From: Lytechinus pictus
Lineage: Eukaryota
Direction: 5' to 3'
Length of the DNA: 64,000 nucleotides
Assembly (NCBI RefSeq): GCF_037042905.1
Contig: NC_087251.1
Location: 37,574,001 to 37,638,000, forward strand
The notes under the pieces were generated by a model. That model did no database searches and had not been told where the DNA came from. It saw nothing but the letters and a program-made list of their open reading frames with translations. Shown piece by piece: positions 55,759-64,000 of the stretch (within the stretch, counting starts at the first letter, position 1; every line of letters begins with the position of its first letter). Made by a program: the position numbers and the translations under genes.

Positions 55759-58700
55759 GTATGTAGAAGAGACACATGTAAAACGAAGATGGATTTCCCT
55801 AGGAAATCCATAGTTAGAGGGTGAAATCGGTTTGTAGGGTCAAATTTTATTTATCTATGAACCTTGATGCGCCTACATGTAATGCGTATAAAGGGATAAA
55901 AATTATTTCACTATAAATGGTAAAAATTAGACATTTCTTACCAGACTGATCTCCTGTAGATCCCTCGATCCATTTGTCAACAAAGCAAAGACAATAGGCC
56001 TGACCCTTGAACCGCTTCGTTATGACGTACATCCGGTTAGCGACGCCGTTTTGAAGAACAATTCATAGAAAAAAAAAATTATTTCACAAATACTAAAATT
56101 TAATACGTGATTATAAATAATTTGTATAATACTACTAATTACTTATAATCACGTATTAAATTTTAGATGTGGCTTTAAAAATATGTGTGTGTTACAGAGA
56201 TGAAATTAAGATGAAATTGATCTTGGAATACCAATTCAAAGAGAATTATCTTGTACAGAGAAAACAAATTTTATCTGAGATAAAATGGATCTCAGAATAC
56301 CACCCCTTTACACTGGTGGACTGATTGAAAAAAATGCGCATGAAATTCATATTGTTAAGCAATTAAGCAGTTTAAGAACCAAAGGTCCTGAAAATATTTT
56401 ATAGATTTCAAACAGTAAGGCTAATTAATTGATCTAGTGGGAGTATGTAAGTGAGATCACCATACAGGACTTTTCTGTTTACTTGCTTGAATATTTTGGC
56501 CTATGCTTCCACATTTGTTATGACTATTACTACAATTCTTTGCTCCTCGCCCAGGATGGGTCTAACACCAGTCCAGTAGTTATGACTGCAAACGAACTGA
56601 ATAAATATTGCCGGACCCATACTGCAATGCACCAAGATGTTGATATCATGGGTCAATAAATTAAATTAAGAACATTGAGGAATCCTGCTCAGTAATCTTT
56701 TTATTTCCAAAGTCCCAATTCATTGGTTGATTAAAGGTAGAAATTCTAAGTTCTGTGAAATTATTGACATACATTGTAGATATTAAAGGAAATTTAGACC
56801 TCTGGTTAATTTTCAAAGTAATAAGTGACAGATATTTTAGGACATTGTAGTTGAGGCTATTGAGGAGCCAGAAAGTATTTGTGATATGCTGTGTGAATGA
56901 ACAGCCATATTACTTTAATTAGGTACAAAATTCATTGTTGTACATGTACTTGCTTTATAGTCAGAAATGAGGGAGCAGTTGAAGTCTCATACTCTTAGTT
57001 TTGAAATAAAAAAATCTTTGTTATGCTTGTTTAGCATGTCTCAATTGTATTCAACTAATTTTTATTGCATTCACATAATTTATGGGCCTCTTTTGGGCAC
57101 TTCAGGAGCAAATTTGCTTCACGTCCTTTTGTAATTTTTTAAGCTAAAGGGAAAAATGACTGTAGTCACTTCTTGAGAATTTTACTGTCCCTAATTCAGG
57201 CTTGGGCTTTGCTCTTTAGTTTTCTCCTTTTGCAGTATAAAACTTTTTTATCCTTGCAATATTTATTTTAATAAGGAAATGATCATGGTAAGGTAATTTG
57301 AATTGATGCCAATTTCCTGTACTGCCTATGAGATTAATGTCCATAAGAATAACTTAAATTTAAAAAGAAAAAAAAATCACCAAGAAAAATGTTCAATCAG
57401 TAACATAACTGTACAGATTTGAACTTTGGTTTGTAATCTAAACCAGTCAATGAATTATTGCAGTACACTAGGAAATAAGCTGTCATAATGACCACTTTTG
57501 TAAGTTAATCCTATTGTTGATCTAGTCTTGGGGAAACCACAGAACACAAAAGGTGCAGTGGAGAGAACTTGCCCTGTTCATCCTCAAGCCAGGGGATCCG
57601 TACCACAAATGGACAAGTGAATTCAGTCCTTCCTGTGGTTTACATCATGCTGGGCTATTGTCACCTCATCATAAGACCTAGTTTGTTCTGTCAAGGTCTA
57701 TTTATATTCGATGTGGACTTGACTCCAATATTACAAAACTGCAGTCTCTTCATACTTGTGTTGGAGCTGAATTCAGGTGCCCTAAGATGGTTCGTCCATC
57801 CTTAGTTGTGTGCATTCCCCTGTGGTGAGGTTCTGCTTTACAACATAGATTCAGGTGTGTTTAAAAATGAACCTGTGTGTTGCTACAATGACAACTGCAT
57901 AGTAGACACAAAGTGTATTTATATATTAAAAAAAATCAAGTATAAAAAACATCAAACATACAAAAAAAAACAAAAAGAAAAGATAGAAAAGAAACAAGCC
58001 CAAAACAAATACACACATACATGAAGTTGACCCAGAAGGCGGTGCTGCATCAGCCAGAGTTTGCTCAATCTCAAGATTTTAGCCTGATCGGCTCTCTTTG
58101 CGATTAATCTTGAGATTCAAGAAACCCCGTCTCCACCATCGCAAGAAGAGAATTCCTGCTCGAGCGAGGCATCGATGCATTATTGTCTGACGCTGTGAAT
58201 AAATAATTCTGAGTGCGTCTGCACCTGCGAATTAGCGGAAATAATTTGTTAAATAACACGCTATTTTGCAAATATCCCACGTTGAATTGGGATTGCAATC
58301 TCGAGATTAATCCTACGAACTAGCGCGATAATTGCGTCTCCATTACAAATAATCTCAAGATAGTTCAGATCGGGATAATTTGCTGGATCAGAAATAGCGC
58401 GCTGATTTGAAAAGTCGGGCTGGTGCAGACGGCCTAGTCCTTTGCCAGGACTGTTCTGCTTTTCAGTTGATCTATAACACAATCCTCGACCTCTACGCCC
58501 GAAATGAAAACAGCCCCACGATTCCTACCCTCATCATTGGTGAGGGGCGTGAAAGAGGGGATAGTGCGATCACTGGGGATGGCACAGGGGAGAATGAAGC
58601 AAGGGCGGAGAAATAACAAGTACACCGATGTCTAGAATCTAGACTACAGACGGCCCTCAAGAGCCAAATAGTCACTGTCATGTCTTAATATCTGATAGTG

Positions 58701-59287
58701 TACTGTTACGGCAAAGCCAATGAGAAGTTTTTTTTCTGAATTCTGCAATTGATCATAGTTTCAGGGCTTGTTTTGTGTCTCCTGACGAAATTTGCTATTT
58801 TTGTCTTCGAAATCTTTTTTTTCTCTCAACATTTATTTCAGCCCCCGGATTGTTGTGTTATATGATAATGGTAAAATTAAAAAAATATGAAAAATAGATC
58901 GAGCTTTGAATTTTAATTCTATGTTTTCTAGGCTTTTATGAAGAGGAAGTACATGTATTATTGTAGTCCACCACTGAATACACTCGAATATAATTGACAA
59001 AAAAAAAAGACATTGAATGAAGCATTACTGAAAGTGAAACATTACCATTCCAGGTAATGTTAAGCACTCTGTTTTTCAACAATTAAACATAGGAGCGCCG
59101 TGTCATAAGAGGGCTCTTTCCTCTTTTCTGCATGAATTGACATGGAAGTTAGTCATCAAATTAACTATAAAAAAAACCCTCAACCAATTGACCTGAAGTT
59201 TCCTGTTGGGTTGTAAAATGGTGTGCAAACTGCAAATGTCCAATTTATTTCTAAAATGTTGTAATGTGAAGTGCCTAGAGTAAACCT

Positions 59288-59716
59288 GTGTACATGATAC
59301 TGTAGAGAGGGGAGTAAACATTCTCCTTCCTATATGTCTTCATCATCAAGAAGTTCATGTAGGATAAAACTACTTTTCTCTTTACTCCTACTGCCCAAGG
59401 TAAAAATGCTCTTTCAGTCTTTGATAGGGTGTGTACATGATACTGTAGAGAGGGGAGTAAACATTCTCCTCCATAAATGTCTTCATCATCAAGAAGTTCA
59501 TGTAGGATAAAACTACTTTTCTCTTTACTCCTACTGCCCAAGGTAAAAATACTCTTTCAGTCTTTGATAGGGTGTGTACATGATACTGTAGAGAGGGGAG
59601 TAAACATTCTCCTCCATAAATGTCTTCATCATCAAGAAGTTCATGTAAGATAAAACTACATTCCTCTTTACTCCTACTGCCCAAGGAAAAAATACTCTTT
59701 CAGTCTTTGATAAGGT
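59288..59716. repeat. Tandem repeat, 3 x 143 bp
   Basis: GTGTACATGATACTGTAG starts at 59288, 59431 and 59574; few substitutions. Confidence 0.93.
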
Positions 59717-59725
59717 GTCATTAAG

Positions 59726-60270
59726 CGCGCGGGGGAGGGGGGGGGGCACTTCCATTGACGAGTGGATACCATGCACGACCATGGGGTCTCAAAAAGCACC
59801 CTAAACACGTATTTTCCATATTCTGAAAATGCACCCCTTAACAAGTATTGGCGTGTGAAACCCTACCCTTAACAAGTATTGGAAACAAAACGGTACCCTT
59901 GGCAAGTATTCCCTGAATTGACCCCCTAAACAAGTACATTAATTGTTAAATCACGGACGTCGGTCGCCTTTACCTACATATTGGGCTTATTACGGCCCCA
60001 TCTCGCGCAAATCAGTCTCTAAACACGTAGTGTTGGGGCAAAAAGTACATCATTTATTAAACTTTTAGTCTTAATTCTTATACCCCCTCAAATTTGACCC
60101 TAAACACGATAGCTTTCCTAACGAAATAGATACCCTTTTTTCATTATTTTAGTGTTTTTGACACCCTTATTACGTTACGTACGTATCATGCCCTATCTTG
60201 AAAAAGACATCCTTTTTACATGTTTTTTGGTCGCGCACGGTATCCACTCGTAAGTGGCCCCCCCCCCCGG
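59726..60270. mobile_element. Non-autonomous DNA transposon with poly-G/C termini (MULE-like)
   Basis: TSD (G)TCATTAAG, 8-9 bp; arms ACGAGTGGATACCATGCACGACCA / TGGTCGCGCACGGTATCCACTCGT; internal ACCCTAAACACG repeats. Confidence 0.85.
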
Positions 60271-60754
60271 GTCATTAAGTTGGTGCAAAGGACCATTGGT
60301 TAAGAAGCACTCTGTAACGAGTGAAAACTTAATTAAAAAAACTTTTGAGGGCTACTTTTTTAGCTGACCGGCCAAATTACATTGGAGTATATATAGAAAT
60401 TGCAGGGGCTCTTTTTTAGTTTTCCAGGGCTCATGGTGGCATTTTGAGACAAGTTAGCCCAAGCTGCAAGCCACTGTAATTTCATCCCTACTTTGCTATA
60501 GGCCTTGTAGTTGCTGATTAATTTTCATTAGATACATGATGCTAATGTATGATGTTAAATCAACTTTGTTCAAGGGATTAACTAACTTTGAGAGCAGAAA
60601 ATTGCTTCTGATGGAGGGATTGGTAATTCTATACCGCAGATATCTTACATGTATATAAAGATCTAGCTATTCCTGTCTTTCCTAAGTAAAGGATGAGCAG
60701 TTGAATCACTTACTCTGATTTTGTATTCTGGTCGATATTATGAATTGCCTTTAA

Positions 60755-61356
60755 AGGTCAAGTCCACCCCAGGAAAATGCTGACTTGAATAAATAAAGAA
60801 AATCAAACTAGCATAGTGCTGAAAATTTCATCAAAATCGGATGTAAAATAAGAAAGTTATGACATTTTAAAGTTTCGCTTATTTTTCACAAAACAGTGAT
60901 ATGCACAACTAGGTGAATCAGTCGATGATGTCCATTACTCACTATTTCTTTTGTTTTTTATTGTTTTAATTATACAATATTTCATTTTTTATAGATTTGA
61001 CAATACATGTTAGGACCAACTTACATGTAACTGAACCATTTAGTATTAAACAATGCTAATTCCACATGTTCAGGGGGGAATTAATCATTGTATCACTTGA
61101 CGATGAGGAGAAAATTAGAATATTTCATATTTAATATAATAAAATACAAAAGAAATAGTGAGTGTATGACGTCATCGGTCTCCTCATTTGCATACCAGCC
61201 AGGATGTGCATAGAAATGTTTTGTGAAATTAAGCGAAACTTTAAAATGTCATAACTTTCTTATTTTACATCTGATTTGATGAAATTTTCAGTGATATGCT
61301 TGTTGGATTTTTCTCTTTTTATTCAAATCAACTTTTTGTTGGGGTGGACTTGTCCT
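60755..61356. mobile_element. Kolobok/T2-like MITE, family B, intact copy
   Basis: TTAA|AGGTCAAGTCCACCCC ... GGGGTGGACTTGTCCT|TTAA, with long internal inverted arms. Confidence 0.92.
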
Positions 61357-62975
61357 TTAAAATGGTAGTGCAGCATTGTGAAACCTGTTGGCAAGTCTGT
61401 GCTTATTGACTTACCAGCTGTTTTTTTTATACAGAGGTACTCCTAACACTAAAATTATTGTTTCATGCATTTAGAACTGACATTTACATTTATTCTTATC
61501 TGCAGGTTTTGAAAAAAAAATCTTGAAATCTTGAATGTCGCTCTTAACGTGGATCTTTAAATAAAAATCACACAGAACACGCCTTGAGAGTGATGAAATA
61601 CTGTTATTCATCTATATAAAATTATATATACACAATGGTACCAGCTAACTATGACTGGCACAGTGTTTTCATATATTAGTTTGTTTTAGATTTTGAAAGC
61701 AGATCAATTTACAAGTGAACAATTTTTTTAAACACCTGCATGTTTCACCAGAAAAGCATTTTAAAATAGTGAGTCTAGGCTTTGACTAATGATATTCTGA
61801 ATCAGTGTTCAACAACGTGACCGTGCAAGCTATGATGTGCTTAGTATCTACTCTATTTATGGACACAGATATTCATTGAGCACTCATATACTGATATGTG
61901 CACCTGTGATTTTTTGTTATTTGATGGTTGTTTCTCGGGTATTGTAGTATTCTTTTGTTTAATTTTTTTGAAAGTTTTTTTTTTTAAATTTCATTATTAC
62001 TATTTTATTTTACAAATCAAATCACAGTACTTTTAAGCAAAATTCATGAATCAAGTTAAAATCATTTTAAGTAGGCCATGTACCCATACATACATCTAAA
62101 AACAATAGCAGTTGCATCCAATCAGGCATTTAATGTGTGAGTAAAGTTCAACTGTGGTCTGCAGACCTTCCTCCTCGTACTTGACTAGATGCACCCTACA
62201 GGTATATTGACAAAAAGAAATGACTGCAATTAGAAAAAAGAAATAGACAGGAGATAAGTAATATTTATAACCATTATTAAAAACTTACATTTATAAAGCA
62301 TTTAGGTTAGATGTGTAAGTTAACACTTGCATATTTATAAGTTCCCATATTATTTTTAGAAGCTGGCCAAGGCTCCTTCGCACGTGAACCTACACTGAAA
62401 AATAATAATTGTTCATGAGGCTATTAAGTACATGTAACTTTAAGTGAGGTGGGCATGAACTTCGGTTACTTGATTTGTGAACCAATCACTTGACTTTTAT
62501 TACCAAATTCTTGTTTCTGAATAATGGGTATTGGCCTTCATCTTGTCACTTGACTTAGCCCTAGACCTTTTTCCTTCCTTTCTTCATTGGTTTGGTTAGC
62601 AATGCAACAACAGGATTGGCTCAGATTTTTTTGCAGTGCCAGCTAGTACCAGACTATTGGTTGGGCTTAGGCCTTTCTTGGCCTCACAGATGATACAGGA
62701 CTCAGCAGCAATTTGTCAGTGATCTTGTTAAAAGATTTAAGTTACAAATCAATCTGAAGTTTTGAAGCAGATTGATAAAAACTGATAAAAATCTATATGT
62801 TTGGTTTTCGCAATTAGGTATAGTGCATAATGCAGAGTCTGAAGCAGTGAGACTAGATTCACTTCATGTACTGTTGCTGGCTCTTATTTGACACGAAGCC
62901 TTTTTTGCCGTCTGGCGTCTAGTCTTCACTCAAGACATGGTTTAGTTAAACTTTAAGTGTCAAATATGAGTCTAT

Positions 62976-63402
62976 GACACCGTTTTTTGAATTATGCTTT
63001 CTAAAACTAGTTTACCAGGAAACCAGTTTGGAAGATCGCTTTGCTAGCGTTGCCATTTGATCACACGAAAGTGGTTTTCAAAATCATTTCACGTAAAGCG
63101 ATCTTGTTGCTATGGAAATGGTGGGTTGACACGTTTCGTGCGAAATTTGAAACCGCAGCGTAGGCATTTTACACCTGTCGTGTGGAGTAGCGTGCTCAAA
63201 ATGTGCGAAGATCGCTTCCTGAAGAACGGTTTTGTCTTCACGCTAAAACCAGTTTAACGAGGCAAAGCGATCTTGAAAACTATATCGTGAGGTGGTTTTC
63301 TGAACCAGTTTGGAAGATCGCTTCCAAGATCGCTTCGACCGTTCTCACTTCACGTTAAACTAGTTCCAGTATTAGTTTTAGGAAGGTAGTGAGAACGGTG
63401 TC
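62976..63402. mobile_element. Harbinger-like non-autonomous element
   Basis: TAT|GACACCGTT ... AACGGTGTC|TAT; internal GAAGATCGCTT repeats. Confidence 0.8.
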
Positions 63403-64000
63403 TATGCTTGCAGACGAGGCACATACTGTCAGAACATGATGTATGCCAGAATGAAAATGCGCATTACACTCATCAAGTTGTCTGTAGATACATGAATATC
63501 TCATGAAATTATACTTCCTGTAAGGATTATAAATGTATATCATTTGCATTCTAGTGGTATAGCTTTCATGAATTGAGCTTCATGGTATGTCGTCTGTGTG
63601 TTGCTTGCCTTGCAACAGTTGAATAACTTTTCTTTAAACAAGTCAATGAATTCTAAGAGAATAAAAATGCAAGGTAGCAGATTTGTGTTAAGATTTTCTC
63701 ATTAATTAAATGATTTGCCTCATCGTTATGAAAATTTAGTCACATCTATACTATCATCTAACTGTACATAATTATGCTTCTTTTGTGCATTGAATTTAAA
63801 ATAGGGTTGCATTTTAATCTCTAAAGTATTTCATTTTTATGACTGCTGATAACATTTAATAAGTCTGAACTGTATATGTGATTATATGATAGTGTTGCAG
63901 CTCATGGAAGTCTGAGAAGAAATGAAACATTAATTATTTCTGCAAGATTTATCCGAGTATCCTCTCAAAGCTACAAGTGCTCATCTTGGTTGATAGTTAA

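Noticed and set aside
59288..59716. CRISPR-like array or retrozyme
   Set aside because: Whole units repeat with no unique spacers, no hammerhead core is visible, and the context is eukaryotic.

Overview
This is AT-rich, intron- and repeat-laden animal genomic DNA. The repeat repertoire suggests an echinoderm such as a sea urchin, which is inference and not proven. The first half holds the 3' part of a + strand MARK/Par-1 Ser/Thr kinase gene. I reconstructed 10 coding exons (758-814, 4684-4920, 7121-7240, 9709-9921, 11438-11606, 21102-21307, 22874-22962, 25195-25287, 29609-29854, 30307-30646). All have GT-AG boundaries and consistent phases, totalling 1770 nt (589 aa plus stop): kinase C-lobe, UBA, spacer and KA1. 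The 5' exons lie upstream of the window. The supplied ORF track misses exons 7121-7240 and 22874-22962, and reads 25195-25287 in the wrong frame. A probable multi-kb 3' UTR follows. The rest is intronic or intergenic: TTAA-flanked Kolobok/T2-type MITEs, many PIF/Harbinger-type MITEs, hAT/MULE/Tc1-like elements, L2/CR1 LINE remnants, tRNA-derived SINEs, a Penelope-type foldback with decayed hammerhead-like motifs, and satellites. There is also a strong CTCF-like site and a candidate promoter/non-coding first exon near 52.7 kb. I found no clearly new multi-gene system. The best leads are in-frame alternative donors that toggle a phospho-site motif, a Cys-substituted ELKL terminus, the hammerhead-like repeat, and a CCAAT core shared across MITE families.
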